Positions 1-9,822 are shown, numbered from the stretch's first letter. The stretch: 32,000 bases of DNA from Ignicoccus islandicus DSM 13165 (GCF_001481685.1 NZ_CP006867.1:30001-62000); one strand, 5' to 3'. Translations and numbers: made by a program. Notes: generated by a model not told the origin, from the sequence alone.

Positions 1-441
1 TTACGCCAACATGTCCTTCCCTGGGAACTTAAAGATTACATTGGGGACGCACAGATAGTATCTCTAGTTTTCGGTCGCGAAAGCGTGGGACTTAGGAGAG
101 ATGAACTTGAGAAATGCGATATATTAATGCATATACCAGCGTCTTCTTCGTATCCTGTGCTCAACCTCTCGCATGCCGTTGCAATAACCCTCTACGAGTT
201 CTGGAAGCAGTTTAAACTGGAAAGGGGAACCTTACCTTCGAAGCCGTCAGAGGAAGATGTAAATCTATTTAAGTTAAATCTTGCAAACCTCGCTGAAACG
301 TTTATCAAAGATGAAATGAAGAGAAGCAGAATTATTAGATTACTTGAGAATCTGGCGGCCAAATCTACGAGGTCGGAGCTGAGGGCATTGATATACTTTT
401 TGGGAAAATGCAAGAGGGCAATTGAAGAAAAGTGCCATTAG
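1..441 (+). CDS. SpoU/TrmH-family (SPOUT) RNA 2'-O-ribose methyltransferase, C-terminal part; 5' end lies outside the window
   Basis: Frame 1 is open from nt 1 with no stop before 439-441. Translation reads ...IVSLVFGRESVGLRRDEL..CDILMHIPASSSYPVLNLSHAVAITLYEF, matching the SPOUT-knot motifs of TrmH/TrmJ-type enzymes. Confidence 0.75.
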   Translation, partial: LRQHVLPWELKDYIGDAQIVSLVFGRESVGLRRDELEKCDILMHIPASSSYPVLNLSHAVAITLYEFWKQFKLERGTLPSKPSEEDVNLFKLNLANLAETFIKDEMKRSRIIRLLENLAAKSTRSELRALIYFLGKCKRAIEEKCH

Positions 442-528
442 CGACGTAGGAGTTAGTTAACTAGTTTAGAAGAGTGCCCTGTGATTTCAAAACCTTCTTT
501 GAACGTATTTATTTGGTGAAACTATAAT

Positions 529-933
529 ATGATAGACATCGGAAAAGTCCGTGAAATAGTCGATGAGTTTAATAAGGAACATGGTGCAGAATGCGAGGTT
601 CTATCAGTTAGCGACCGTGAAATCGTAATTTCGTTCAAAGGTCACATATGTTTCACTTGCGGTACGTACGACTACTTTGAGGACCTTGCCATGCGGTTAA
701 GCGAAGCCTTGTCTAAGGAATACGTTGTAGCCGAGTACCACCATAACGAGGATGGGAGTTATTTAGTTACATTTAGGCCTAAGAGTGAAGTTAAGGAGCG
801 AAAAAGGGAAGTGCTGGTAATGATCTTCGATGAAAAGGGCAATCTATCGGAATCGCTTAGAATAGACCTAAGCGACCTTAAGAGAACATCAGACGAAGTA
901 AGTAGAAATGTAAGTAGAAATAATAGTAATTGA
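529..933 (+). CDS. Hypothetical protein (134 aa); N-terminal about 65 aa faintly Nfu/NifU-like with one CxxC; low-complexity C-terminus
   Basis: ATG-initiated ORF in an otherwise empty interval. The segment ECEVLSVSDREIVISFKGHICFTCGT..LAMRLSEAL resembles the Nfu-fold pattern (weak, from memory). The C-terminus carries a VSRNVSRN duplication. Confidence 0.5.
   Translation: MIDIGKVREIVDEFNKEHGAECEVLSVSDREIVISFKGHICFTCGTYDYFEDLAMRLSEALSKEYVVAEYHHNEDGSYLVTFRPKSEVKERKREVLVMIFDEKGNLSESLRIDLSDLKRTSDEVSRNVSRNNSN
898..921 (+). repeat. Perfect 12-nt tandem duplication GTAAGTAGAAAT x2 inside the 3' end of the 529-933 ORF
   Basis: Read directly: 898-909 and 910-921 are identical and in frame (VSRN VSRN). 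Confidence 0.95.
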
Positions 934-1057
934 AGGACTCCTCTGGAAAGTCGTTTTCAGATTATTTTAGAACGATGAAACTTAATCTGGCTAGTTGCTA
1001 ATTTAAGAGGATAAAGCGGAGGCTATATTGCCTTACTTAGTGTAAAAAACTAAATGG

Positions 1058-1756
1058 TTATTGTTGACAAGGTCTCTCTAGGAACTTCTTCGCTTCCTCT
1101 ACGTCCTCCTTGCTTGGAGCAGGCTCGTGGCAGAACCACCAGTCGAAGCACTCGTACTTCTGCATCCTCTCCTTCGCCTCTTGTTCGGTGCTTGCTGGCG
1201 GTATTATTACATGGTCCTTGATTATCTCGTTCTTCGGCCATCCGGCCGGGAAGGCCCTTCCCCATTTGTCGCTTAGTTGTAGGGCCTTCAGTAACCTTAG
1301 TATTTCGTCCATGTTTCTGCCGACGTTGAGCGGGTAGTAGAGTATCGCTCTAACCTTTCCTTCTGGATCAATTATGAATACTGCTCTTACGGTAACTACG
1401 CCACCTTCGGGGTGTAGCATACCTAGCTTCTTCGCTACTTCACCAAGGGGGTCCGCGATGATTGGGAACGGTATTTCGACGCCTAGCTTCTCCTTTATCC
1501 ATTCCTTCCACTTTATGTGGCTGAAGCTATTGTCGACGCTTAGGCCTAGTAGCTCGGTATTGAGCTTCTTGAAGTCCTCGTACCTCTTTGCGAACGCTAC
1601 GAACTCGGTAGTACATACTGGCGTGAAGTCAGCTGGGTGGCTGAATATTACTAACCACTTCCCCTTGTAGTCATCTGGTAGCTTCTTAGGTCCGTGGTCA
1701 GTGTGTACAACCATCTCTGGGAGTTTTTCACCGATTAAGGGTATTTGACCCGGCAT
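1058..1756 (-). CDS. Peroxiredoxin (thioredoxin peroxidase, archaeal Prx6-like type)
   Basis: [15 protein letters not shown]...[19 protein letters not shown]...SHIKWKEWI...CFDWWFC. It is near-collinear with the Aeropyrum pernix-type thiol peroxidase. The peroxidatic Cys lies in the PVCTTE motif. Confidence 0.92.
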   Translation of the reverse strand: MPGQIPLIGEKLPEMVVHTDHGPKKLPDDYKGKWLVIFSHPADFTPVCTTEFVAFAKRYEDFKKLNTELLGLSVDNSFSHIKWKEWIKEKLGVEIPFPIIADPLGEVAKKLGMLHPEGGVVTVRAVFIIDPEGKVRAILYYPLNVGRNMDEILRLLKALQLSDKWGRAFPAGWPKNEIIKDHVIIPPASTEQEAKERMQKYECFDWWFCHEPAPSKEDVEEAKKFLERPCQQ

Positions 1757-1920
1757 CGCTCTCTCCGTTACTACTCTACGTTAACGGCGTTTAAATGTAG
1801 AAGGCTTCGGTTATACTTAGGATTTACTTTCGGATTATTGAAGAAACTTTCCTAAAAACTTTTAATCTTTTCAACGAAAACCCAATAAGATCCGTTCGAA
1901 TTCATACGCGGGGACATAGT

Positions 1921-2514
1921 TTGGAGACGTTCTTCCTAGTACCGGTCTTCGAAAGATATAGTAAGTGGTTGTTATTCGAGATATCTAATGCCTATAGGTT
2001 GATAGGCAATAGATTAATACTCTCGGATGTTGAAGATGAGAGACTGGCCAAAGAACTTAGAAGTCGTGGAATTTTGGTTTTTAGGGAAGACTTCACGAAG
2101 GTGTTAAAGGAGCTCCCGAAACCCATAATAGTTCTCGATCCCAAGGCTAAGGTAAACCTCGATCCCGGAGAGGCCTCAAGTGGGACTATAATCATTGGTG
2201 GTATCCTAGGCTCTCATCCGCCTTTGGGGAGAACTTCCGTCCTCATTTCCTCTAGATTCCGAGGTTTCAAGGAATTTGTTTATTTTAGGAAAATAGGAGA
2301 TAGACAGTTTACTATAGATGGTGCGCTGGCAGTTGCATGGCTCATAAGTCAGGGTAAAAAGTTAGAAGAAATAGAAGTAGTTAACGGTCTGAAAATAACC
2401 CAAAAACTCCCATTTGGTCTTCAAAGAGAGATAGAGTTGCCTTACGCGTACCCGAAGGTCAATGGGAAGTTATTCGTATCAAAAGAACTTCTGAATTACT
2501 TACTCACCAGCTAG
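1921..2514 (+). CDS. Conserved protein, probable SFM1-like SPOUT methyltransferase (COG2428 / DUF431-type)
   Basis: TTG-initiated 197-aa ORF. Motifs IIIGGILGSHPPLGRT and RKIGDRQFTIDGA, plus VLDPKAKVNLDPGE, match my recollection of the yeast SFM1 / archaeal COG2428 family signature (GGILGDxPPxxRT ... LGxxQMTTDTA). Confidence 0.55.
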   Translation: METFFLVPVFERYSKWLLFEISNAYRLIGNRLILSDVEDERLAKELRSRGILVFREDFTKVLKELPKPIIVLDPKAKVNLDPGEASSGTIIIGGILGSHPPLGRTSVLISSRFRGFKEFVYFRKIGDRQFTIDGALAVAWLISQGKKLEEIEVVNGLKITQKLPFGLQREIELPYAYPKVNGKLFVSKELLNYLLTS

Positions 2515-2541
2515 TTTAGTATATAGAGTATCATGGGAAGA

Positions 2542-2820
2542 TTAGAGAGGTCTAGGTGATACAACGAACTTACCTTCTTCAGTCTCTTCCTTCAATGGGG
2601 CAAGGCTAATCCATTTATCTCCCAAGCACTCGGAAGGTTCATCGTTTCTCGCGACGTTGGTGAGATCGCTTGGTGTGTACATAGGTTCACCAGTCACTTC
2701 AATCGAGTTCAATTTCTCAAATAGGGAATAAATGTCCTTAAGGTCTTCTTCGAGTCTCTTTAACTCTTCTTCACTTAATTTTAACTTCGATAATTCAGCC
2801 GCTCTTCGTGCATCTATCAT
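2542..2820 (-). CDS. gatC: Asp/Glu-tRNA(Asn/Gln) amidotransferase subunit C
   Basis: 92 aa. AELSKLKLSEEELKRLEEDLKDIYSLFEKLNSIEV..EPMY is typical GatC length and motif pattern. Confidence 0.85.
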   Translation of the reverse strand: MIDARRAAELSKLKLSEEELKRLEEDLKDIYSLFEKLNSIEVTGEPMYTPSDLTNVARNDEPSECLGDKWISLAPLKEETEEGKFVVSPRPL

Positions 2821-3125
2821 TTCTCACACACCTCTTTAGCCCACTTAAGGTACTCTGGAAGGACGTAATCAGCTTCTACTGCAATTATTTCTGGAACTTC
2901 ATAGGGATGGAGGTTTCTCAGCTCATTGATAGCTTCGCTGGCTTTCTCTTTAGGAACTTTTAAGACGAGTACAGTTTCCTCATCCTCTTGTAATTGGTCT
3001 TTCCAAATGTAAAAACTCTGTATTTCTCCGAGAACCCATGCACATGCTACCAAACGTTTTTCAACTAAAGTCCGTGCAATCTTTTTGGCATCTTCCCTAT
3101 TTGGGAGTGTTGATATTATTATCAT
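2817..3125 (-). CDS. cutA: Divalent-cation tolerance protein CutA
   Basis: MIIISTLPNREDAKKIARTLVEKRLVACAWV...IWKDQL..E..L.LK...LHPYEVPEI is a CutA1 signature. I place the start at the third in-frame ATG (3125) because CutA proteins start MI(I/V).. . The ORF track extends to 3161. Confidence 0.85.
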   Translation of the reverse strand: MIIISTLPNREDAKKIARTLVEKRLVACAWVLGEIQSFYIWKDQLQEDEETVLVLKVPKEKASEAINELRNLHPYEVPEIIAVEADYVLPEYLKWAKEVCEK

Positions 3126-3393
3126 CAATTTGATCTCCATGAGTTTTATCCTTCGAGGCATCTAATCTTTTGTGATGATGAAGTTCGTGGTATGCTTCGA
3201 AAAGTTCTTCCAACAATTTCGCCACCTTTAAAGTGATCGGTGTTACTGGTTTCCTATTCTCTAATATCTCTATGACCTCTTCTCTTTTAATTGATATACC
3301 GTAGGTCCTCTTGTAGAGGGTCATGAATTCTTCGAGTAACTCCTCGAACTTCTCTTCAACTAGTCTCCTTTTAGATATCCCGATTCTTTTCAT
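3097..3393 (-). CDS. Hypothetical small protein (98 aa), possibly a ribbon-helix-helix-like regulator
   Basis: ATG ORF heading the cutA-gatC co-directional string and overlapping the cutA start. The N-terminus MKRIGISKRRLVEEKFEELLEEF has a strand-helix pattern reminiscent of CopG/RHH proteins (weak). Confidence 0.45.
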   Translation of the reverse strand: MKRIGISKRRLVEEKFEELLEEFMTLYKRTYGISIKREEVIEILENRKPVTPITLKVAKLLEELFEAYHELHHHKRLDASKDKTHGDQIDDNNINTPK

Positions 3394-3457
3394 CTTCTAT
3401 ACCATTACAACCTTCTAAATAAACCTCATTAAGTTCTCACTCTCGGGTAGCGTTGAC

Positions 3458-4222
3458 GTGTTCGTTGTACTAACCGGTACTGCAGGTTCTGGTAAGAGTA
3501 ACTTGACAGCCGCTCTGGCAAAGTGGATGGTAGATGAGGTAGGGTTGAAAATAAGCGTAATGAATCTAGATCCAGGAGCTGAGGTACTACCTTATACACC
3601 TGATTTCGATATTAGGAATTACTTTACAATTGAAGAAATAATGAAGAAGTACAAGTTGGGTCCGAACGGCGCCTTCTTAAAGGCAGCTGAGCTACTGCGT
3701 CAGTATGAGCGAGAGATACTCAAAAGTAAACCAGTGAAGGGATTCTATGACTACGTTCTCGTTGACACGCCTGGCCAGCTAGAGATGTTCATGTTTAGAC
3801 CAGAGGGCACACACATAATGAAGCGATTGGAAATGGTAAAACCAGTATTGATTGTTTACGTTGTAGACGGATCCCTAGCTGACCACCCTGAAGATCTCAT
3901 GACTTCTTACTTGCTTAACTTAATATTGCAAACGAAAGCAGAGTTACAAGTAATAACTGTTGTTAATAAAGTAGATTTACTTAACGACGCTGCGAGGGAA
4001 CAAGTCAGAAAGTTAATAGAAACTCCCGAACTCTTTGCCAAGGAAGTGGCTGACAAGGTAGGAGGAATTGCGGCCGATATGATACTCGACTTAGCGCAAG
4101 TTGCCGAAAAGTACTCTCCTTCAGCCAGAGCTATTATGGTTTCAGCACGCACGTTAGAGGGAATGAAGGAACTTTACGACGTAATTCACGAAATATATTG
4201 TAGTTGCGGTGATCTAACTTGA
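3458..4222 (+). CDS. GPN-loop GTPase (PAB0955/Npa3-like)
   Basis: P-loop GTAGSGKS, the diagnostic GPNG motif (KLGPNGAF), DTPGQLE switch II and NKVDLL (NKxD). Confidence 0.88.
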   Translation: MFVVLTGTAGSGKSNLTAALAKWMVDEVGLKISVMNLDPGAEVLPYTPDFDIRNYFTIEEIMKKYKLGPNGAFLKAAELLRQYEREILKSKPVKGFYDYVLVDTPGQLEMFMFRPEGTHIMKRLEMVKPVLIVYVVDGSLADHPEDLMTSYLLNLILQTKAELQVITVVNKVDLLNDAAREQVRKLIETPELFAKEVADKVGGIAADMILDLAQVAEKYSPSARAIMVSARTLEGMKELYDVIHEIYCSCGDLT

Positions 4223-5046
4223 AGTGTGTTAAGGCAATAAGTCACGGAGGCGCATCAATTCTCAATGCAATACCTACTGGTATTGGTTCGGCCTTCGCTT
4301 TGAACTTAAACGTTGAAGTTGAGGTTTGCGAAAGCATGGAGAATCACTTTCCCTCGCATGCTATTGAAGAAGTGTACAACACTATCAAGGCGAAGTATTG
4401 TCAACAACTACAAGCAGTAAGCGTTAAGGTTAGGTCCGAAATACCTGCAGGAGGGGGATTGAAGTCTTCGTCTGCGGTCACCAATGCTACAGCCGCAGCT
4501 TTAAGTAAGTTGTGCGCACTAAAGGTTTCGCCATATGAAATACTGAGACTTGCTGTGGAGGCCTCAAAGAAAGCGAGAGTTACAATAACGGGTGCTTTAG
4601 ACGATGCCGCTGCGAGTCTTCTAGGAGGCTTAGTGATTACGAATAATCATGAGATGAAAATACTAGATAGGATGGCACTTCCCGAGCTACCTGTGATAGT
4701 AATCCCTAGATCAGGTCGTCGGTACGGCTTTGAAGAAATAAAAGACAGGTTGTCTAGTTTAAAGAGTCAATTTAAAGTAATTGAGGAGAGACTTCTTGAT
4801 AACAAAGATTTATGGAACGTAATGACACTGAACGGAATCCTAGTTGCGAGCGCTCTTGGTTACTCAACCGAACCAATAACGCAAGCTCTCAAGAGAGGTG
4901 CAATAGCAGCATCAATTAGTGGTAATGGCCCTTCTTACGTTATTGTCGCAGAGAAGGATAATTACCAAGAAATTTACGAGTTATTTAAAAATGAAGGCGC
5001 TGTCCTTAGTAACATTACTAACGAAAAAGCCTATTACGCTGACTAA
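4219..5046 (+). CDS. aroK: Archaeal shikimate kinase (GHMP-kinase superfamily)
   Basis: GGASILNAIPTGIGSAFALNL... and the GHMP motif IPAGGGLKSSSAVTNA. Size (275 aa) fits archaeal AroK. TTG start overlaps the upstream stop by 4 nt. Confidence 0.8.
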   Translation: MKCVKAISHGGASILNAIPTGIGSAFALNLNVEVEVCESMENHFPSHAIEEVYNTIKAKYCQQLQAVSVKVRSEIPAGGGLKSSSAVTNATAAALSKLCALKVSPYEILRLAVEASKKARVTITGALDDAAASLLGGLVITNNHEMKILDRMALPELPVIVIPRSGRRYGFEEIKDRLSSLKSQFKVIEERLLDNKDLWNVMTLNGILVASALGYSTEPITQALKRGAIAASISGNGPSYVIVAEKDNYQEIYELFKNEGAVLSNITNEKAYYAD

Positions 5047-5105
5047 ATCCGAAGAAGTAAACTCTTAACTTAATTTCAAAGAGCAGAACGACTGGTTGGT
5101 GAGAA

Positions 5106-5459
5106 ATGGTTTGCGTTGTAGTCCCCACAGATGATGGAAAAACAGTTAAATTGGGTCACTTTGGAGATGCGAAGAAGTATTTACACTATGTGAAAACTGA
5201 AGACGGATGGAAAGTCGTGAAAGAGATACCTAATCCGTATTCTGAAGAAGAAGAGCATGTTCATAATACCTTGGAGAAAAGAAAGGAAATCCTCCGTCTA
5301 AATAACGATTGCGACGTCTTCGTCTATACATTCTTCGGACCGGGAGGCGAAAAGTTTATGAAAGAACATGGAAAAATTGTGGTACACGTCGATCCAAAGA
5401 CGACTATTGAAGAGGCGCTCAGAAAGGTCGAGCAAATTCTAAGCGGAGTAGCACACTAG
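5106..5459 (+). CDS. NifB/NifX-like (dinitrogenase FeMo-cofactor-binding domain family) small protein
   Basis: 117 aa. The pattern VVVPTDDGKTV.LGHFGDAKKY..Y...DG followed by DVFVYTFFGPGGEKFMKEHGI is typical of this domain family. Confidence 0.6.
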   Translation: MVCVVVPTDDGKTVKLGHFGDAKKYLHYVKTEDGWKVVKEIPNPYSEEEEHVHNTLEKRKEILRLNNDCDVFVYTFFGPGGEKFMKEHGKIVVHVDPKTTIEEALRKVEQILSGVAH

Positions 5460-7162
5460 TCATGGATATATATTAGCTTCAGAGTATTGTCCTCCACACC
5501 CTCGATTTTTGCAAAGCCTTTTCTGATGAGCTGGATTGTATGAGCTCTTACTTCAAAGGCCTTTTCTTCTACGTAGCCTACGGAAAACCCCTTCTCTGGA
5601 TACCATACCATTGCCTTATTCTTTCCTTTAACCCATTGAATTATTTCTAGCTTTCTTTGCCTAGCGTATTCTAAGTCTTTAGAAATAAGCTCTAACACAA
5701 GGCGAGAATTTTCGATATCGAATCCAACTATCTTGAAATTCCCTAGCTCCATGAGTCGTACTTCTCCTTGCTTCTTCATAACTTTTCTGAGATCTTCTTT
5801 CTCTATATATATCACATCGTTAGGACCTACTACGTACTTCCTACTTCCCATCTCCGGAATTTTTGGATGCCATGGAATCTCAGCGACTAGTTCTTCATTA
5901 CTCTTAATGTAAGCTTCTACGGGATCTTCGATATACATTATACGAGGGGATTCCGGATCTATTATTTTCCTATTTATTGCAGCTAAGTTGTCGAAACTAA
6001 TGCTTGCGTCACTAGCCTTTATTCCTACATCTATCATTATCTCTCTGATAGCCTCTGGAGAAAACCCTCTCCTCCTTAGCCCTCGTATCGTTGCAGCTCT
6101 CGGATCATCTCCTTTAATTCCCAACTCCCTTAACTTACTCTTAGATAAGATAAATCCTTCCAGTTTCAATCTACCGAAGTGTATTGAAATAGGAGGCGTC
6201 CATCCCATATATTGAAAAATGTAACTCTGTTTAGTTTCGTTCTGTCTATGTTCTCTGGCTCTCAGTACGTGAGTTACCCCCATCAAGTGGTCGTCTATGG
6301 CAGCTGCGAAGTTATATGTGGGCCATAGCCAGTACTTGTCGCCCACAAGTGGATGGGGGTGTTTCCTTGGATCTATTATTCTGAAAGCAACCCAGTCCCT
6401 AACCGAAGGATCTGGATGAGACATATCTGTTTTTATTCTAACAACGGCCTCACCTTCTCCATAGGCACCTTCCAATATCTTCTCTAGCCTCTCCAAATGC
6501 GTTTCCGGTAGTTCCTCTCTGTGAGGACATGGCCGTCTTGAGTCTTTGTACTTTTTCCATTCCTCATTAGTACACGTACAGACGTAAGCTTTTCCTTTTT
6601 CGATGAGTTTCTTGAGAATATCGTAATATATTTCCATTCTATTGGATTGATAGTATATTTCATCGGGCTTGATGCCCAGCCATTCGAGGTCCTCCACTAT
6701 TGCTTCATATGCATCAGGCAAAGGTCTCTTGGTCCTCGGATCAGTATCCTCGAACCTTAGTATGAACTTACCCTTATACATTCTTGCGTATTCGTGACTT
6801 AGGATTGCTGGTCTGGCGTTACCTAGGGTCATATAGAAGTCGGGATTCGGTGCGAAGCGAGTTACTACTTTCCCCTCTTCAGCATTGGGTAGTGGCGGCA
6901 ATCCTTTCCTAACTTCCTTCTTTCCTTCAGTTAGTGCCTCTGGGTATCGTTCCTTAAGGAGCCTCTCTTGCTCCTCAATTGATAACGAGTTCACTTCATC
7001 TATTACTTCTCGAACAATAGGAATGATTTCCTTCACTTTCTTCCTTAAGTCTGGATTTTCAGCGAGCATAGCGGTTACTACTGCTTTTAGTTGAGCTTTA
7101 CCGCCATGAGTATACGCGTTTTTAAGTGCATGCTTAAAAGCGAGTTCTCTAATTTCGTTCAC
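5456..7162 (-). CDS. gltX: Glutamyl-tRNA synthetase (archaeal type)
   Basis: 568 aa. RFAPNPDFYMTLGNARPAIL (HIGH-region equivalent), FILRFEDTDP, WPTYNFAAAIDDHLMGVTHVLRAREH and LSKSK (KMSKS). Confidence 0.93.
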   Translation of the reverse strand: MNEIRELAFKHALKNAYTHGGKAQLKAVVTAMLAENPDLRKKVKEIIPIVREVIDEVNSLSIEEQERLLKERYPEALTEGKKEVRKGLPPLPNAEEGKVVTRFAPNPDFYMTLGNARPAILSHEYARMYKGKFILRFEDTDPRTKRPLPDAYEAIVEDLEWLGIKPDEIYYQSNRMEIYYDILKKLIEKGKAYVCTCTNEEWKKYKDSRRPCPHREELPETHLERLEKILEGAYGEGEAVVRIKTDMSHPDPSVRDWVAFRIIDPRKHPHPLVGDKYWLWPTYNFAAAIDDHLMGVTHVLRAREHRQNETKQSYIFQYMGWTPPISIHFGRLKLEGFILSKSKLRELGIKGDDPRAATIRGLRRRGFSPEAIREIMIDVGIKASDASISFDNLAAINRKIIDPESPRIMYIEDPVEAYIKSNEELVAEIPWHPKIPEMGSRKYVVGPNDVIYIEKEDLRKVMKKQGEVRLMELGNFKIVGFDIENSRLVLELISKDLEYARQRKLEIIQWVKGKNKAMVWYPEKGFSVGYVEEKAFEVRAHTIQLIRKGFAKIEGVEDNTLKLIYIHD

Positions 7163-7237
7163 TTTTTGACGCCCAAGTAGGTTTCATTAAGTGCTATAAA
7201 TAGCATTCAAAGCCAGATAATTCAATTAACACCTTTT

Positions 7238-7247
7238 TTAAATCCCC
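7238..7247 (+). promoter_or_regulatory. Candidate TATA/promoter element TTAAATCCCC upstream of uS17
   Basis: A/T box 38 nt upstream of the TTG start (7276). A GGAGG Shine-Dalgarno-like element lies at about 7261-7265. The identical 10-mer occurs 40 nt upstream of the uL6 ATG (30576-30585, - strand). Confidence 0.4.
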
Positions 7248-7275
7248 ACTGAACTCCAAGGAGGGGTTCAGAGCC

Positions 7276-7635
7276 TTGTCGGCAGTTGAAGCTGGACGCG
7301 TGGGAATTAGGGGCGTGGAACCGCCCAAGATAGCGTGCGACGATCCTGAATGTCCATGGCACGGACATCTAAAGGTGAGGGGTACCATCTTAGAAGGTAT
7401 TGTTGTAAAGAAGAGGATGCAAAAGGCTGTTGTAGTTAGACACGAGTATTTGTACTATAACAAGAAGTACCAAAGATATGAAAGAAGGAAGAAGAACATC
7501 CACGCACGATTACCTCCATGCTTAGCTAACGAAATAAAGGAAGGCGACGTCGTAGTTATCGGCGAGACGAGGCCATTGGCTAAAAGCATAAGCTTCGTTG
7601 TGCTCGGTAGGAGGAAAACTGGAGGTGAAGAGTAA
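7276..7635 (+). CDS. rps17: 30S ribosomal protein uS17
   Basis: [33 protein letters not shown]...Y..KY.RYE.R..N..A..PPC is the archaeal S17 signature. First gene of the cluster. Confidence 0.93.
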   Translation: MSAVEAGRVGIRGVEPPKIACDDPECPWHGHLKVRGTILEGIVVKKRMQKAVVVRHEYLYYNKKYQRYERRKKNIHARLPPCLANEIKEGDVVVIGETRPLAKSISFVVLGRRKTGGEE

Positions 7636-8048
7636 TGGTAAAAGCAACGGCGATAAAATCTAGGAAGAAGATAACAACTGGTCTCCAAGTTGGTTCATAC
7701 GTAAAGGTTACCGATAACAGTGGAGCTAAGGTAGCTCAAATTATTGGTGTCCCGGGATATCATGGACGCTTAAGGAGGATACCGCCGGCGGGCGTTAGCG
7801 ACATGGTTGTCGTAACTGTCAAGAAGGGTACCCCAGAGATGCGTCATCAAGTCGTTAGAGCCATTGTAGTGCGTCAAAAGAAGCCTTTCAGGAGACCCGA
7901 CGGAACGTGGGTTGCGTTCGAAGATAACGCAGTGATAATAGTGAACGAGGACGGATCCCCCAAAGCCTCTGAAGTAAGAGGACCTGTAGCTAGGGAAGTT
8001 GTAGAGAGATGGCCACGAGTAGGAAACGTTGTAAGCATAGTGGTCTGA
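7635..8048 (+). CDS. rpl14: 50S ribosomal protein uL14
   Basis: [25 protein letters not shown]...[16 protein letters not shown]; canonical position after S17. Confidence 0.95.
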   Translation: MVKATAIKSRKKITTGLQVGSYVKVTDNSGAKVAQIIGVPGYHGRLRRIPPAGVSDMVVVTVKKGTPEMRHQVVRAIVVRQKKPFRRPDGTWVAFEDNAVIIVNEDGSPKASEVRGPVAREVVERWPRVGNVVSIVV

Positions 8049-8049
8049 G

Positions 8050-8427
8050 GTGAAGATCATGCCCTTGATAAGTTCGAAGAAACCCTCGAAGCAAAGGAAG
8101 TTCTACTTCAATGCACCCCTCCACTTGCGCCACAAGTTCATGAATGCTCCATTAAGCGAGGAACTCCAAAAGAAATACGGTGTTAAGAGACTTCCCGTCA
8201 GAAAGGGCGATACAGTAAAAATTGTGAGAGGGAAGTTCAGGGGTCATGAAGGAAAGGTAGCGAAGGTAGATTTGAAGAAAGTTAGGATTTACGTAGATGG
8301 GGCAACGATTGAAAACAGTAGAGGGGAAAGAGTATTCTATCCGATACACCCATCTAAGGTTATCATTACTAACCTAGGAGAAGTGGATAAGGTTCGCGAA
8401 AAGATAATTAATAGGAGGAAGAGGTGA
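8050..8427 (+). CDS. rpl24: 50S ribosomal protein uL24
   Basis: [42 protein letters not shown]; the KOW motif is present. The start may be the ATG at 8059 rather than the GTG at 8050. Confidence 0.93.
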   Translation: MKIMPLISSKKPSKQRKFYFNAPLHLRHKFMNAPLSEELQKKYGVKRLPVRKGDTVKIVRGKFRGHEGKVAKVDLKKVRIYVDGATIENSRGERVFYPIHPSKVIITNLGEVDKVREKIINRRKR

Positions 8428-8434
8428 GTCCGAG

Positions 8435-9199
8435 ATGGCTCGAATGGGTGGTAAGAGACACTTAAAGAGACTAGCTGCACCTGCCTTCTGGCCTGTTCCA
8501 AAGAAGGAGGCAGTATGGGTCGTAAAACCAAGAGCTGGTCCGCATCCGCAATTTGAAAGTATACCACTACTTGTTCTCGTGAGAGATGTACTTAAATTGG
8601 CAGAGACTTCTAGAGAAGCTAGAAAGATCATATCCGAAGGTAAAATCAAAGTAGATGGGCGCGTACGAAAGGACTATAAGTTCCCGGTAGGTAAAATGGA
8701 TGTAATAGAACTCGTGGGCGCTGATAAGTATTACAGAATGGTTCCATACCCAACAAAATACCTCATTCCAATCGAAATAGACGCAGAGGAAGCCAAGTTA
8801 AAGCCTGTAAGGATTGAAAATAAGACCACCGTAAAGGGTGGTCATATACAATTAAACTTGCACGATGGAAGGAACATATTAATCAAGGTAAGCGATCCTA
8901 GAAACCCTGTCGAAGCGCAAGACTACAAAACGTTATCTACCTTGCTAATAACTCTTCCGGATCAACAAATTCAGAAGATCATACCTATGAAGGAAGGTGT
9001 AATTGCTATAGTTAGCTCCGGTAGGAACGTGGGCAGAGTAGGGCGCATTGAAGGTATAGAGGCTGGTATGGGAAGGAAGGAGACGTTAGTAAAAATGAGG
9101 GATGTACATGGAGAAGTTTTCTATACTGTTATTGATTACGTCTTCCCAATAGGGGAAGAAGAACCTATAATAAAATTACCTGAAGGTGCGTGGAAATGA
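8435..9199 (+). CDS. rps4e: 30S ribosomal protein eS4
   Basis: [28 protein letters not shown]. is the archaeal/eukaryotic S4e N-terminus; 254 aa. Confidence 0.95.
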   Translation: MARMGGKRHLKRLAAPAFWPVPKKEAVWVVKPRAGPHPQFESIPLLVLVRDVLKLAETSREARKIISEGKIKVDGRVRKDYKFPVGKMDVIELVGADKYYRMVPYPTKYLIPIEIDAEEAKLKPVRIENKTTVKGGHIQLNLHDGRNILIKVSDPRNPVEAQDYKTLSTLLITLPDQQIQKIIPMKEGVIAIVSSGRNVGRVGRIEGIEAGMGRKETLVKMRDVHGEVFYTVIDYVFPIGEEEPIIKLPEGAWK

Positions 9200-9777
9200 G
9201 TACTGAAATAGGCACTCTAGAAGTCCCAATTCCACAAGAGAAAGTCAAAGAGATTATCGAAAAGTGGACCAGCCAACCTATGTTGAAGCCCAAGCTAGCG
9301 AAGGTTACGGTAAACATCGCTCTAGGAGAAAGCGGCGAGAGACTCGAAAAGGCTTACGAACTGCTTGAGGAGCTAACTGGACAGAAACCTGTCAAGAGGG
9401 CTGCAAAGAAGACTATTAGGACATTTGGCATTAGAAGAGGAGAGAACATAGCAGTCATGGTCACGCTTAGGGGAGAGAAGGCAATAGACTTCTTGAAGAG
9501 GGCTCTAGAAGCAGTTAACTGGAAGATAAAGGCATCGAGCTTCGATGAGTTCGGCAACGTTGGGTTTGGAATAAAGGAACACATACAAATACCAGGAACT
9601 AAATACGATCCTAGAGTAGGTATCTACGGTATGGACGTTATAATAACGTTAGAGAGAGCGGGTTATCGAGTAGCCAGGAGAAGGAGGGCCAGAAGCAAGA
9701 TACCTAGAAGACACAGACTAACTAAGGAAGAAGGTATGGTTTACCTAGCTAAGGAATTTGGAGTAAAGATAGTGTAA
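9190..9777 (+). CDS. rpl5: 50S ribosomal protein uL5
   Basis: [18 protein letters not shown]...L..LTGQKPV...AKKTIR.FGIRRGE.IAV.VTLRG; canonical order after S4e. Confidence 0.95.
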   Translation: MEMSTEIGTLEVPIPQEKVKEIIEKWTSQPMLKPKLAKVTVNIALGESGERLEKAYELLEELTGQKPVKRAAKKTIRTFGIRRGENIAVMVTLRGEKAIDFLKRALEAVNWKIKASSFDEFGNVGFGIKEHIQIPGTKYDPRVGIYGMDVIITLERAGYRVARRRRARSKIPRRHRLTKEEGMVYLAKEFGVKIV

Positions 9778-9822
9778 TCGTCTTAAAATTGGGCAGAGGT
9801 TAGCCCAAGAGGGTGGTGTAGC

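Noticed and set aside
3172-3178. Perfect C-box-like GTGATGA or ATGATGA strings inside coding regions (3172-3178, about 18652, 24947-24953, about 31755).
   Set aside because: None has a CTGA D or D' box at the required 10-14 nt spacing, a second box pair or a terminal stem. They are explained by His/Asp/Met codons.
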